DNA from: a virus
Lineage: Duplodnaviria > Caudoviricetes
Reading direction: 5' to 3' (one strand)
IMG/VR virus record: IMGVR_UViG_3300037420_000901
Coordinates: 1 to 36,918 of that record
Length of the DNA: 36,918 nucleotides
The notes under the pieces were generated by a model that saw nothing but the letters and a program-made list of their open reading frames with translations, ran no database searches and was not told where the DNA came from. A program made the position numbers and the translations under genes. Each line of letters starts with the position of its first letter. Within the stretch, counting starts at the first letter, position 1. Shown here one piece after another: positions 1 to 9,873 of this stretch.

Positions 1-841
1 ATTTACCGACTATCTTGGGTCTTTCATGACTCTTCATGGGTATGAAGCCTCGATTGACTTGGCTATTGAGAAAGGGCCGTTCAAATGGTTCGAGCCGAAT
101 GGATTCCTTCGGTCCCTCCATATGCAAAATAACGTCCTTCCGGCTCATCCGCACTTGGAACGCCGGATACGCGACCACGGCATAAGGAACGTGACCATCT
201 TCACGATAGCTCCTACGGGAAGTACCGGGACGATGACAGGCACATCTACTGGATGCGAACCTTATTTTGCGTTCACCTACTGGCGGAACAGCCGTTTAGG
301 GATGGCGGAAATCGTAGAAGACGTTGCGGCGGAATGGCTTACAGCGAATGGTTATGAAGTTACATCGGAGAATCTTCAATACCTTCCGAAGTACTTCATA
401 TCGGCTATGGAACTTACGCCGGAGGAACATATCAGGACTCAGGCGGCATGGCAGAAATGGATTTGCTCCTCCATATCCAAAACGTGTAACGCTCCGAATA
501 ACCATACGGTAGAGGATATCGCAAATATCATCGACCTTGGTTACGAATCCGGGCTAAAGGGATTCACTTATTACCGTGATGGCTCCCGGGATGAACAGGT
601 ACTTTCCACGACTTCGGCCGGATTATTCGGCGGGACGGAGGAAAGGCCGGAACTAGCGATACTTGCCAAACTGGATACGGCTTCCCTTAAAGGGCTGATC
701 TCGGTGGCGGAGGGTTATGGGCTATTCCCGGCGGAAAACGGCGGAGAGGGTACCGACACGGCTTTAGGCAAACAACCTACTACAGAAGAATTAACCATTA
801 TGTTGTCCGGGTGTATCGGCGGGAAATGCTCTAACGAATAA
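1..841 (+). CDS. nrdJ: Ribonucleotide reductase large subunit, C-terminal part (probably class II, B12-dependent); 5' end is outside the window
   Basis: Frame open from base 2; motifs GIRN, TIAPTG, STGCEP, SSISKTCN, LKGFTYYRDGSRDEQVL, and a C-terminal Cys pair CIGGKC. Confidence 0.85.
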   Translation, partial: FTDYLGSFMTLHGYEASIDLAIEKGPFKWFEPNGFLRSLHMQNNVLPAHPHLERRIRDHGIRNVTIFTIAPTGSTGTMTGTSTGCEPYFAFTYWRNSRLGMAEIVEDVAAEWLTANGYEVTSENLQYLPKYFISAMELTPEEHIRTQAAWQKWICSSISKTCNAPNNHTVEDIANIIDLGYESGLKGFTYYRDGSRDEQVLSTTSAGLFGGTEERPELAILAKLDTASLKGLISVAEGYGLFPAENGGEGTDTALGKQPTTEELTIMLSGCIGGKCSNE

Positions 842-864
842 ATTAATCATTGGGGAGACTAGAC

Positions 865-1032
865 ATGGCTAAAGAAATTATACGGTGCAAACATTGTGAA
901 CATATTATCGAAGACCCCAAACGTAAAAAGTATTGCTCGGAATGGTGTAGGCGGGATGCCAACCAACCAGAAGATCAACAGTCATGGAAACCCAACCCAC
1001 ATCCGATTATCGAAGGTGTATATGAAGATTAA
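865..1032 (+). CDS. Small zinc-finger-like protein
   Basis: CKHC...KYCSEWC; GGGGAG RBS before ATG 865. Confidence 0.55.
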   Translation: MAKEIIRCKHCEHIIEDPKRKKYCSEWCRRDANQPEDQQSWKPNPHPIIEGVYED

Positions 1033-1041
1033 AAGATACAT

Positions 1042-1072
1042 GGCGGGATAAAAATTCCCGCCTTTTCTTTTT
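1042..1072 (+). terminator. Rho-independent terminator
   Basis: GGCGGGA-loop-TCCCGCC followed by a T tract. Confidence 0.75.
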
Positions 1073-1081
1073 CCTAAACTG

Positions 1082-1109
1082 TTGAAATTTACCTCTTATA
1101 TGATATAAT
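1082..1109 (+). promoter_or_regulatory. SigA-type promoter with extended -10
   Basis: TTGAAA (1082-1087), 16 nt spacer, TATAAT (1104-1109) preceded by TGn. Confidence 0.65.
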
Positions 1110-1199
1110 AGTTTATGGAACAGCAACCAAACTTCTCGTCCCGCTTCTCTCCCATGGAGGCGGGGCACCCCTTTTGTAGACAAGGAGAGTGACCCAATC

Positions 1200-2129
1200 A
1201 TGGCATTAAAAGACCTTTTGAACACATTTAAGCGTCAAGGCTCTGACGATCAATATATGTTACCTAAACTCGACCGCTACCTTCTCGCCCTTAATGGGAA
1301 TCGGATGAAGGATAAGCCGGAGAATCGTGCCGAAGATTGCTGGCACCCCTCCTCGCTATCCACGGTGAAATGCTTAAGGTTCCTTACATACCTTTGGCTG
1401 AAAACCGACCCATCCAACCCCCAAGGGGTTAACGAGAAGGGGCGGTTGATTTTTGATATTGGACACCATATCGGTTACATGTTCCAGCAGTACTTTTGGG
1501 ACATGGATATTCTTGAAGGGATGTACCAATGTGTCTCCTGCGATCATAGATGGTGGTCGGTATCCCCAAGGGAATGCCCATCGTGCGGCCGGAAGCTGGA
1601 AATATGGTACAACCTCCAATACCACGAGGTACCCATACAGAATAAAGAGAAAAACGTCATCGGACATTCCGATGGTTGTTTGTTTCTCGGCGGGACTCCC
1701 CTCTCTCCTAAACGGCGGATGCTAGAGTTTAAGAGTATAAAGAACCGGGATTTCAAGACTCCGGCCACTACTCTTACCTTCGATGAACTGATTCAGGTAA
1801 AGATGGAGCATGCCTTTCAAGGCCAACTATACCTTGACTCCGATACCTTTAGGGAACTCCAATGTAATCAAGGCTCGATCATTTACCTAGCCAAGAATAC
1901 GCAGGAGAAAAAGGAGTTTGTCATCACATCCATGCCGGAACTGGTTCAGCCGATGTATGACAAGATAACTATAGTAAATGATGCCTTGGAAAACGGTTAC
2001 CTCCCTGATAGAATAGGAGAAGACAAGAGTTGCGCGGACTGTAAATGGTGCCCTATGAAAGATTACTGTCACGATGTTCACCATGACTTCGCGGCGGCGG
2101 ACAATAGGCCAAAGGAGAATATCGCATGA
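1200..2129 (+). CDS. Cas4-like PD-(D/E)XK exonuclease
   Basis: HPSSL..C, GHSDG, LEFKS, QGQLY, C-terminal CxxCxWCPxxxxC; inserted CxxC...CxxC zinc ribbon. Confidence 0.8.
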   Translation: MALKDLLNTFKRQGSDDQYMLPKLDRYLLALNGNRMKDKPENRAEDCWHPSSLSTVKCLRFLTYLWLKTDPSNPQGVNEKGRLIFDIGHHIGYMFQQYFWDMDILEGMYQCVSCDHRWWSVSPRECPSCGRKLEIWYNLQYHEVPIQNKEKNVIGHSDGCLFLGGTPLSPKRRMLEFKSIKNRDFKTPATTLTFDELIQVKMEHAFQGQLYLDSDTFRELQCNQGSIIYLAKNTQEKKEFVITSMPELVQPMYDKITIVNDALENGYLPDRIGEDKSCADCKWCPMKDYCHDVHHDFAAADNRPKENIA

Positions 2130-2824
2130 TTAATGTATTGGATAAAGGTTACGTTCGATTGGTAGACAAAATGGGTTCTGATGTATCCGTAGTCAATTCG
2201 GCCCGGGTGTCCTATGATAAACAAGTGGATTCCTTAAGCGATAAGGACCGGAGGCTTATCCGCTTCTTGGCGGAGAACGAGCATACTTCTCCCTTTAGAC
2301 ATGCTATGCTCCAATTTGAGATTTATGCTCCCCTAATGGTTGCCCGCCAGTGGTGGAAATACATCATCGGTTCATCGCATCAGGATAATATGGCGGCTTG
2401 GAATGAATCCTCCCGCCGATACATTACGGAGGAACCTACATTTTATGTTGTTCAAATGAACGAATGGCGGTCGGCCCCGGTTAACTCGAAACAAGGAAGT
2501 GGCGAAATCCTCCCTTTAGACACTGGGGATAAACTTACCCGCTCTTTGATTGATTCATATAATTACGGCATCACTATGTATGAACAGGCTATGGAAATGG
2601 GTGCTTGTGCTGAACAGGCGAGACTTTTCCTTCCAGCCTACGGGATGTATGTCCGGTGGTACTGGACAGCAAGCCTTTACGGTGTGGCTCACTTCCTCAA
2701 CCAAAGGCTAGGCCATGATGCTCAGAAGGAAATACAGGATTATGCGGCGGCGGTTGCTAAACTGGCCAACGAACACTTTCCTGTTTCCATACAACAACTT
2801 GTGAAAGGTAGTGGATTAGAATGA
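2126..2824 (+). CDS. thyX: FAD-dependent thymidylate synthase
   Basis: VNSARVSY, HTSPFRH, VARQW, NESSRRY, EQARLFLP, HDAQKEIQDYA. Confidence 0.95.
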   Translation: MINVLDKGYVRLVDKMGSDVSVVNSARVSYDKQVDSLSDKDRRLIRFLAENEHTSPFRHAMLQFEIYAPLMVARQWWKYIIGSSHQDNMAAWNESSRRYITEEPTFYVVQMNEWRSAPVNSKQGSGEILPLDTGDKLTRSLIDSYNYGITMYEQAMEMGACAEQARLFLPAYGMYVRWYWTASLYGVAHFLNQRLGHDAQKEIQDYAAAVAKLANEHFPVSIQQLVKGSGLE

Positions 2825-3099
2825 TTAGACTTGAAGGACTTGGAGCATTCGTCAAAGAAGTAAAGGTAACAAACAAAGGTATCATTCTTAACCTCGAAAA
2901 GATCAAACTCAACGGCACCACGATGGATGAACTGTCGGCACTTGTTCAAACGGACGTTCACCTTACTCTTCAAGCAGTAGAACCGGAGAAGCCAGAAGAA
3001 AAAGAGCCGGAAGCTACTCAAATGGAAATGAACTTCGACCCTGAAAAGTCGGCGGAAGAGGCTTTAGCAGAACAGGGCTTTGAAGTTGTCAGCAAATAA
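2821..3099 (+). CDS. Hypothetical protein
   Basis: ORF overlapping the thyX stop; acidic C-terminus. Confidence 0.7.
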   Translation: MIRLEGLGAFVKEVKVTNKGIILNLEKIKLNGTTMDELSALVQTDVHLTLQAVEPEKPEEKEPEATQMEMNFDPEKSAEEALAEQGFEVVSK

Positions 3100-3121
3100 G
3101 ATCGCCGGGAGGGTTTAAGGG

Positions 3122-3679
3122 ATGGAGACACAGCTTTCAGACAAGGAAATCTCGGAAATCAATGAGTACATCCTACGGGAAAAGGCTACCGTGAAGCTTA
3201 AGAAGTCCGGTATCTTTTTCCCGGCCCAACCCATCATCCCTGATTTCTTGGTGGATGATGAAGGAAGCTTTTCGATGCCTCACGATCTCACCGAATTGGA
3301 GTCGAAGCATCTTGGATTGCTCATGACGGTGCTTAACAACTTACTGGCATGGAACGGTGCTGTTCTCTCGGCGGCAAGGGTGGATAAGTTGTCGGCGGAG
3401 AGAATCAAGGTATTTACGGAATCGAAAATCCGTATGCAAATACTGGCAAGCAAGGAAATGCTTAAAGACTTCAAAGCCCGCGAAGATAAAGAAGCATACA
3501 TAAATACACATCCACTAGTCATTCAAGTTCAAGAACGGGCGGACAATCAAGCGGCTTTAGAAATAATGGCCGATCAGCTTTACAAAGACCTTGAGCGTTC
3601 TCAACGGACGGTTTCAAGGGAAATCTCCCGCCGTGGCGGGGAATTGGATATGTTTAACCGCGAACAGAACCTAAAATAG
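3122..3679 (+). CDS. Helical hypothetical protein, possibly a UvsY-like recombination mediator
   Basis: GGGAGG RBS; long amphipathic helices ending VSREISRR; function is a weak guess from context. Confidence 0.5.
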   Translation: METQLSDKEISEINEYILREKATVKLKKSGIFFPAQPIIPDFLVDDEGSFSMPHDLTELESKHLGLLMTVLNNLLAWNGAVLSAARVDKLSAERIKVFTESKIRMQILASKEMLKDFKAREDKEAYINTHPLVIQVQERADNQAALEIMADQLYKDLERSQRTVSREISRRGGELDMFNREQNLK

Positions 3680-3693
3680 AGAGGATTTTGACA

Positions 3694-3945
3694 ATGAGCG
3701 AGACACAAAAAGAAAACGCGATTGAAGGAATTTATACTGGCCGTTATGTGTTTTCCATTACACAGTCGGACCTTAACGAACGTGGCTACGACTTGGAGGC
3801 TTGCAAACACCTTCTCGGCCAACTCCAAGAAGTGTCCAAAGCCGTAATGATGCATGCTTGGGAGAAAGGGTTCCATGTTGAATTGGCGGAATATATCTCC
3901 GGCCTTAAGCGGCCACAAGGAGGTACTAATGAGAAGCCAAACTAA
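3694..3945 (+). CDS. Hypothetical protein
   Basis: GAGG RBS; fills the gap between neighbours. Confidence 0.65.
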   Translation: MSETQKENAIEGIYTGRYVFSITQSDLNERGYDLEACKHLLGQLQEVSKAVMMHAWEKGFHVELAEYISGLKRPQGGTNEKPN

Positions 3946-4558
3946 GTGGGACATTGATCGTTTGAGAATAACCGGGTTGGACTTGTCGCTATCCTCTCCC
4001 GGAATAGCGCATATTTCTCCTTATGGGGAAATACCTATCGCCACCCGTTCTATAAAGACCGAATCAAGCGAGTCGTGGCATACCCGGATACACCGGGTAG
4101 CCACTGGCATACGCGATGAAGTCATAAAGTTTGACCCAGACTTTATTTTTATCGAGAATTATTCGTTCAACAGTAAATTCGGCCGAGAAATAGCCGGAGA
4201 GGTACACGGTGTAGTTCTCTATCTCTTGCACCAATGCGGATACGACAACACCTTTAGGGTGATTGCCCCTACTTCTCTAAAGCAGTTTGCGGCGAACAAT
4301 ACCAAGGCCAAAAAGAAAGAAATCATCGATGCTATTAAGGAGTACTATGGGATTACGTTCAAACAATCCCAAAACGACCAAGCAGATGCCTTCGTGCTGG
4401 CTAAGATCGGTGAAATTCTCGTATGGCGGGAACACTCCGACCGCAACCCCGTTCTCGGACACACTATTCCGAAGCATAAAGAGGTAGTTGTCCAAAAGGC
4501 ATTAGAAAATCTAAGGAGTGACAGCACATGGCTGAACATGTTCAACCAAAGAAAATAG
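3929..4558 (+). CDS. RuvC-like Holliday junction resolvase
   Basis: GLDLSLSSPGIA, FIENYSF, APTSLKQFA, DQADAFVLA; AGGAGG RBS before ATG 3929. Confidence 0.85.
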   Translation: MRSQTKWDIDRLRITGLDLSLSSPGIAHISPYGEIPIATRSIKTESSESWHTRIHRVATGIRDEVIKFDPDFIFIENYSFNSKFGREIAGEVHGVVLYLLHQCGYDNTFRVIAPTSLKQFAANNTKAKKKEIIDAIKEYYGITFKQSQNDQADAFVLAKIGEILVWREHSDRNPVLGHTIPKHKEVVVQKALENLRSDSTWLNMFNQRK

Positions 4559-4827
4559 AATTGAAAGTTGCGGCTACATCAAACCCGGCAAGCGTTGCCG
4601 GGGCTATAGCTAAGAATTATCAGGAGGGCAAAGAGGTATTCCTTATTGCGGTTGGGGCCGGGTCGGTTAATCAAATGACTAAAGCCGTGGCGATTGCATC
4701 TGGATACCTAGCTCCTTCTGGAATTTCCATTGGCGCAAAGATAGGATTTACAGACACCGTTATCATTGATGACGCGGGAAACCAAAAAGATCGTACAGCG
4801 ATGCTTTTCAAAATTATCGAAGTGTAG
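4528..4827 (+). CDS. spoVS: Stage V sporulation protein S homologue
   Basis: LKVAATSNPASVAGAIA, AVGAGSVNQMTKAVAIASGYLAPSG, RTAMLF closely follow the SpoVS consensus. Confidence 0.92.
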   Translation: MAEHVQPKKIELKVAATSNPASVAGAIAKNYQEGKEVFLIAVGAGSVNQMTKAVAIASGYLAPSGISIGAKIGFTDTVIIDDAGNQKDRTAMLFKIIEV

Positions 4828-4836
4828 GTGGTTTTG

Positions 4837-5445
4837 ATGAATCGCGGCGTTCTCATACAGATTGAGGGCACGGATAAAGCGGGCAAGCAAACACAAGCGG
4901 AATGGCTTGCAAAACTTCTGGCTTTAGACGGTCATCAAGTATCCCTTATCGCCTTCCCCGATTATGACACCCCTTCCGGCGAACTCATTTATAATTTCCT
5001 CCATGGAATGCTACCTTTTACACCTAAAGATCAGCCGTACTTGGCACAGGCCATATACACCATTAATCGCTATGAAGCCCAACCGAGAATCCAACGGGCT
5101 TTAATGGATGGGAAGATTGTAATTGCCGACCGATACATAGGCTCTAGCTTGGCTTACGGAATGATGGATGGCCTCTCTCATGAGTGGATTAAGCAGATCA
5201 GCCATTCTCTTATTCAACCGGACATTACCGTTGTTTTGGAGATATCTGATGAAGAATATCTCAAGCGGTGCGGTAATTACGCGGTCTTAGACCATTACGA
5301 ATCCAAGCTAGAGAACATTCAAAATGCACGGAAGCTTTATCATTTTGTGGCGGAATTATTTGGTGGACAAGTCTTCCGGGCGGAGGGTAAGCAAGAGGAT
5401 ATCGCCCAAAGGATTTACTCCTATGTAAAGGAGAAAATGTCATGA
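4837..5445 (+). CDS. tmk: Thymidylate (dTMP) kinase
   Basis: IEGTDKAGKQTQ P-loop, FPDYDTPSG, IADRYIGSSLAY, PDITVVL. Confidence 0.9.
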   Translation: MNRGVLIQIEGTDKAGKQTQAEWLAKLLALDGHQVSLIAFPDYDTPSGELIYNFLHGMLPFTPKDQPYLAQAIYTINRYEAQPRIQRALMDGKIVIADRYIGSSLAYGMMDGLSHEWIKQISHSLIQPDITVVLEISDEEYLKRCGNYAVLDHYESKLENIQNARKLYHFVAELFGGQVFRAEGKQEDIAQRIYSYVKEKMS

Positions 5446-5801
5446 AGCAGGATTACGGCATTAATCAGATCGCCTCAGACCTTGCAACCATGCTCATTCA
5501 AAAAGGTCATTTTGACAATATCAAAAATAAAAATGTGTATGCTACTTCCGCTCTTATCCATACGGAGGTTTCCGAGTACACCCAATTGTACAAGCGGTAT
5601 GGGATGGCGGAGGCTTTCAAAGATGACCGTGCCATGGAAATCGCGGATATGGTCTTTAGGGTTCTCAATCTGGCACTCATGGAAGGCATAGATGTGGCCG
5701 AGGCGGTCCGCAAAAAACTTGAATTTAACTGGTCCCGGCCCTATAAATTCGGTACGGCGGAGGAAGGAGGGAAACCTGATGAAGCTAAGGACCATATTTG
5801 A
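5442..5801 (+). CDS. MazG-like nucleotide pyrophosphohydrolase
   Basis: LIHTEVSE...EIADMVFR...KKLEFNWSRPY all-alpha NTP-PPase pattern. Confidence 0.8.
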   Translation: MKQDYGINQIASDLATMLIQKGHFDNIKNKNVYATSALIHTEVSEYTQLYKRYGMAEAFKDDRAMEIADMVFRVLNLALMEGIDVAEAVRKKLEFNWSRPYKFGTAEEGGKPDEAKDHI

Positions 5802-6510
5802 CTTTGACCCTTCCCAACTCAAGATCATCGAGGTTTACAATTCGATTCAAGGGGAGGGCATTGACATTGGTACGGAAGTTATATTCGTTCGCACTTCCGG
5901 CTGTAATCTGTCTTGTGTTTGGTGTGACACAAAACATAGCTGGACAGGTAAAAGCGGTGATTCCATCACCCCCGGAGATTTACTCAAACGAGTCATCAAA
6001 GAAACGAAAGGGTCCAAATCCGTTATCATAACGGGCGGGGAACCTTTCGTACAGCCGCCGGAACCTCTGTTTGAATTTGTGGTTGGTCTAAAGGCTTTAG
6101 GCTATCACATCGCTTGGGAGACGAACGGCCTCCATATCCCGGATGACGGATTTATCGAAGCTACCGATTTATTCACGGTTAGCCCTAAGCTATCTTCATC
6201 CAAGCAAATTGTATTCCCGGAGCAGACTCTTGATGCTTGGGCGGCCCGGGCGGAAGGTAAAGTCCAGTTCAAGTTTGTTATCTCTGGCGATGATGATATG
6301 GCGGAAGCTTCTTACCTGATTAGCCGGGCGGGGAATATTCACGTTACAAATGCTCAATTGGTCTTTCAGCCGGAGGAGTCGCAGGATAAGGATATTTATG
6401 CGAAACTGCCGGACTTGGCTAGGGATTGGTTTAGAAAGCGGGGTATGAACATCATGGGCTTTAATGTCCGGTATATCCCGCAAACACATAAACATTACAA
6501 GATACGATAG
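5779..6510 (+). CDS. queE: 7-carboxy-7-deazaguanine synthase (radical SAM)
   Basis: SIQGEG, FVRTSGCNLSCVWCDT (CxxxCxxC), ITGGEP, ETNG, VSPKL, PQTHK. Confidence 0.92.
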   Translation: MKLRTIFDFDPSQLKIIEVYNSIQGEGIDIGTEVIFVRTSGCNLSCVWCDTKHSWTGKSGDSITPGDLLKRVIKETKGSKSVIITGGEPFVQPPEPLFEFVVGLKALGYHIAWETNGLHIPDDGFIEATDLFTVSPKLSSSKQIVFPEQTLDAWAARAEGKVQFKFVISGDDDMAEASYLISRAGNIHVTNAQLVFQPEESQDKDIYAKLPDLARDWFRKRGMNIMGFNVRYIPQTHKHYKIR

Positions 6511-6521
6511 GAGGATTTTCA

Positions 6522-6878
6522 ATGGACTCTAATCACAGAAGAAATCGAGATCACAGACGTAATCAGGGCGGGCCAGGTGCCCGTAAACCGGAACCAAAGA
6601 CTCCGGTTAAAGAAGAATCTGAAAATTCTTCTATTCAAGCGGAAAAGATTGATACGAACAAGCCTATCCATGCTTTCCTTATTACCCAAACCAAAGATGG
6701 AAAGCTAAATGTAACGGCTTTACCGGAGGCGGTTGAAGTGCCGGAGGGTATGACTTACCAACCTTCGACTTATATCATGGAACGTATCATCGGGGATGTT
6801 CATAGAGAACTTCAAACTCACAACGTGGCGGAAGCTGCCGCCCGCTTAATGGCGGAGAGAATGGGAGGTAAACGTTAA
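6522..6878 (+). CDS. Hypothetical protein with basic disordered N-terminus
   Basis: AGGAGG RBS; in operon. Confidence 0.7.
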   Translation: MDSNHRRNRDHRRNQGGPGARKPEPKTPVKEESENSSIQAEKIDTNKPIHAFLITQTKDGKLNVTALPEAVEVPEGMTYQPSTYIMERIIGDVHRELQTHNVAEAAARLMAERMGGKR

Positions 6879-7120
6879 TGCGTGACAATATTCGGATTAA
6901 ATCGACAAGCCCTCTGCACTATGAAATCCGCCGTACCATGTCGGAGGTAATTAACCGATCTAACCTTGAAGATCGTAAAAAGAACTTGGAAATGCAAATC
7001 GAAGCTCAAGAGGACGCTTTGGATACAATGAAGAGAAATCTTGCGGCTATAAATGATGCCTTGGCGACCGGACGCGGGGAGACTGAAAAAGAAACGAAGC
7101 AGAAGTCGGTAGGCGACTAA
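6878..7120 (+). CDS. Small coiled-coil protein
   Basis: TAATG-coupled on both sides; heptad pattern. Confidence 0.7.
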   Translation: MRDNIRIKSTSPLHYEIRRTMSEVINRSNLEDRKKNLEMQIEAQEDALDTMKRNLAAINDALATGRGETEKETKQKSVGD

Positions 7121-7701
7121 TGGAACCCATAAACGTTGATGGCTTGAAATACACCCAAGAGGACATCGAGTTTCATTTCCGGCAGATTATGCTGGCTTTA
7201 GGCTTGGACCTTTCTGACCCTAGCTTAAAGGAAACCCCTCACCGGGTAGCCAAGATGCTAGTAAATGAAACGTGTAATGGTCTTTTCCGGGGAGCACCAA
7301 AGATCACCACGTTTGAGTTCGAGGAGGGAGCAAGCCGGGATTTAATCATTATCGAGAACATCCCGTTTGCTTCGATGTGTGAGCATCACTTTGTTCCTTT
7401 CATCGGTACGGCCACCGTTGCTTATCTTCCGAAGGACAAGTATATGGGCTTATCGAAAGCGGCAAGGGCTTTGGATTACTTCGCCGCCCGACCTCAAGTA
7501 CAAGAACGGCTCACCGCTTCTGTGGCGGATTTTCTCTATGAGAAATTGGATGCCAAAGGGATTCTCGTTATGGTTACGGCGGAGCATATGTGTATGAGTA
7601 CTCGGGGCGTTAAGAAGCATGGCTCCAATACCATCACCACAGCTATCCGGGGCGAAATCGATAAACAGGAAGTCTTGGCTTCCATACAGCTTAAGCGATA
7701 A
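7120..7701 (+). CDS. folE: GTP cyclohydrolase I
   Basis: ETPHRVAK, SMCEHHFVPF, GLSK, RPQVQERLT, HMCMSTRGV. Confidence 0.95.
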   Translation: MEPINVDGLKYTQEDIEFHFRQIMLALGLDLSDPSLKETPHRVAKMLVNETCNGLFRGAPKITTFEFEEGASRDLIIIENIPFASMCEHHFVPFIGTATVAYLPKDKYMGLSKAARALDYFAARPQVQERLTASVADFLYEKLDAKGILVMVTAEHMCMSTRGVKKHGSNTITTAIRGEIDKQEVLASIQLKR

Positions 7702-7767
7702 CATCAAAGGGACGTAAGTAGGCACTCATTTGTCTTCTGTGCGTCCCTTTTGCATAGGAGGGCGGAA

Positions 7768-8127
7768 ATGAAAAAGCAAACAATTGGAGCTTTTGACATG
7801 GATGGCGTACTAGCCTCACTACTGGAATCTGGCAAATACCCGGAGGATTATGTTAAGAAGACGGTTATTCCCGGGGCTATCGAGTCTCTAAAGAGTATCC
7901 GGGCTTTAGGCCATAAGGTTGTTATTTTCACCGCCCGGTATGAGATTGACCGAGTGGTAACGGAGAAGTGGCTAGAGGAAAATGGCTTTCACGGCCTTTA
8001 CGATGAACTGATTATGGACAAACCTAAATTCGATTATTTGGTGGATGATCGGGCTATTCGTTTTGAGGGCTGGCCGGGAACTATCGAGAAGATTTTCAAC
8101 CTTGAGCAAACTGGGCGGTGGTACTGA
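7768..8127 (+). CDS. HAD-superfamily phosphatase (capless)
   Basis: FDMDGVL motif I, FTAR motif II, KP and YLVDDRA motifs III/IV. Confidence 0.85.
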   Translation: MKKQTIGAFDMDGVLASLLESGKYPEDYVKKTVIPGAIESLKSIRALGHKVVIFTARYEIDRVVTEKWLEENGFHGLYDELIMDKPKFDYLVDDRAIRFEGWPGTIEKIFNLEQTGRWY

Positions 8128-8327
8128 TGCTGGCTATTACTTCACACGAACGTCTTCCCATAGACTCGGGGACCAAAGATGGTTGTAGGCATGGCTGTAA
8201 GCATATGGTCGTAGTCAAAATTCTAGGTGGACATACGACTCTTAAATATTGTGAAGTGGATGCTTTTTACCTTGGCCGTTCCTTAATGGACACCGCAACG
8301 AGCCGGGACAGAATTAAGATTACTTAG
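8127..8327 (+). CDS. Small hypothetical protein
   Basis: TGATG coupling to the upstream stop. Confidence 0.55.
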   Translation: MLAITSHERLPIDSGTKDGCRHGCKHMVVVKILGGHTTLKYCEVDAFYLGRSLMDTATSRDRIKIT

Positions 8328-8340
8328 GAGGACTACGATC

Positions 8341-8694
8341 ATGGCACAATTCAACGAAGGATTTCAACGTGAAAAGCAACCTTGGGGCTACACTCAAGTT
8401 GTATCTACGACAACTCGGTTTAGGTCGCAGTATCTTACGGTTCTCCCCGGCCGCCGGACGAGCCTACATTACCATGATACTAAAGTTGAAACTCTTTACG
8501 TACTGGAAGGCTTCGGGTACATAGAGGCTAACGGAGAAAGAAAAGCAGTACGTCCGGGCGACCGTGTAACTATCCCGGCGGGGGAGCATCACCGGATTGA
8601 AGCCGGGCCGAATGGAGACTTAGTTCTTCTTCAACTGGCATCACCGGAAATCAATGATATTGTGTTCGTGGAGGATGACTATGGGCGAGCATAA
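8341..8694 (+). CDS. Cupin protein resembling the type II phosphomannose isomerase C-terminal domain
   Basis: KQPWG, TSLHYHDTKVETLYVLEG, IPAGEHHRI, C-terminal EDDYGR. Confidence 0.85.
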   Translation: MAQFNEGFQREKQPWGYTQVVSTTTRFRSQYLTVLPGRRTSLHYHDTKVETLYVLEGFGYIEANGERKAVRPGDRVTIPAGEHHRIEAGPNGDLVLLQLASPEINDIVFVEDDYGRA

Positions 8695-9391
8695 GCACGT
8701 TCTGATGTTCTCGGGCGGGCTGGACTCTTACCTAGCCTATCTTGCCCTAAAGGATAACGGTATTGAGCCTACATTGGTATACGCCGGATTAGGGCATAGA
8801 TATGAACGGGATGAATTTTGGGCGGCGCTCGCTTTAGCTAACTTTCATGGAGAGGAACTTATCCACACGAAGGCCCTACAACTTGGCGGATGGGAAGAAG
8901 ACAATGCGTATATTCCTATGCGTAACGGTTTCCTTGGCATGGCGGGCGCACTTTACGGAGATAGAATCTGGATGGCAATTATGGATGGGGAGCAAACTTA
9001 CGATGACTGTAAAAAGGGCACTTTTACTGCTCTGTCACTCGCTATTTCGGCTTTGTCGGGTAAGCCTGTTATTGTGGATTCGCCGTTTTGGGATAAAACC
9101 AAAGCGGAAGTAATCGCATCCCTTAATCCCCACCATTATAAATTATTGCTCCGTACAACATCTTGTCACCGGGCGGAACGGGTTCCGGGGAGTCAGTGTG
9201 GAAGATGTAACGCTTGCTTCCGGCGGTGGGTGGCCTTCGCTGTTAATGGCATAGAAGATAAGTTCCTATCCAACCCATGGGAAGGGTCAACGGCAGACAA
9301 TTACTTGTGGAAAGTGAGACAGGGGGATTCCTACGGCGGGAAGCGGGACGAAGAAATCCGGCAAGCCTTTAGGGAGGTAGGGAGACTATGA
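8681..9391 (+). CDS. queC: QueC-like 7-cyano-7-deazaguanine synthase (PP-loop ATPase)
   Basis: FSGGLDS, YIPMRNGFL, TTSC, CGRCNACFRR; GGAGG RBS before ATG 8681. Confidence 0.88.
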   Translation: MGEHKHVLMFSGGLDSYLAYLALKDNGIEPTLVYAGLGHRYERDEFWAALALANFHGEELIHTKALQLGGWEEDNAYIPMRNGFLGMAGALYGDRIWMAIMDGEQTYDDCKKGTFTALSLAISALSGKPVIVDSPFWDKTKAEVIASLNPHHYKLLLRTTSCHRAERVPGSQCGRCNACFRRWVAFAVNGIEDKFLSNPWEGSTADNYLWKVRQGDSYGGKRDEEIRQAFREVGRL

Positions 9392-9873
9392 CAGAAGAAA
9401 AGCCCGCTATTCTATTCACTAATGGGGTATTCGACTTACTCCATACGGGGCATGTAGACTTCCTTAAGAAGATATGGGAAGAAGCGGAGGAACTACGATT
9501 CCATGGACAGGAAACCGAAGTCGTTGTAGGCATTAATTCCGATGCTTCTGTCAAACGTCTAAAGGGTCCACATCGTCCGGTATTTAATGAGCATGATCGG
9601 AAAATGATGCTGGAATCCCTTAAGTACGTAGACCGGGTTATTATCTATCCTACGGATACTGCGGTGGAACTTATCGAAATGCTCCGGCCATGGACGTATT
9701 ACAAAGGTTATGACTATCTCGATAAATCTCAAACCATGGAACACCGAGCGGCTTTATATATTGGGGCGGAGGTAAAATTCGTTATGCCTCCGGCTTTTGA
9801 AATCCGACATACTACAAATATCATTCACGATATTTGGTGGACGGAATGCCAACGAAGGGCGGGAATCGAATGA
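9388..9873 (+). CDS. Sugar-phosphate nucleotidyltransferase, RfaE/HldE domain II-like
   Basis: FTNGVFDLLHTGHVDFL (HxGH), VVGINSDASVKRLKGPHRP, KGYDY. Confidence 0.9.
   Translation: MTEEKPAILFTNGVFDLLHTGHVDFLKKIWEEAEELRFHGQETEVVVGINSDASVKRLKGPHRPVFNEHDRKMMLESLKYVDRVIIYPTDTAVELIEMLRPWTYYKGYDYLDKSQTMEHRAALYIGAEVKFVMPPAFEIRHTTNIIHDIWWTECQRRAGIE

Noticed and set aside
1200-2129. CRISPR-Cas locus suggested by the Cas4-like gene
   Set aside because: No repeat-spacer array or other cas genes in the window; solo Cas4-like nucleases are common in phage replication modules.
7706-7751. preQ1 riboswitch near folE/queE
   Set aside because: Only a simple terminator-like hairpin (AAAGGGACG...CGTCCCTTTT); no preQ1 aptamer consensus recognised.
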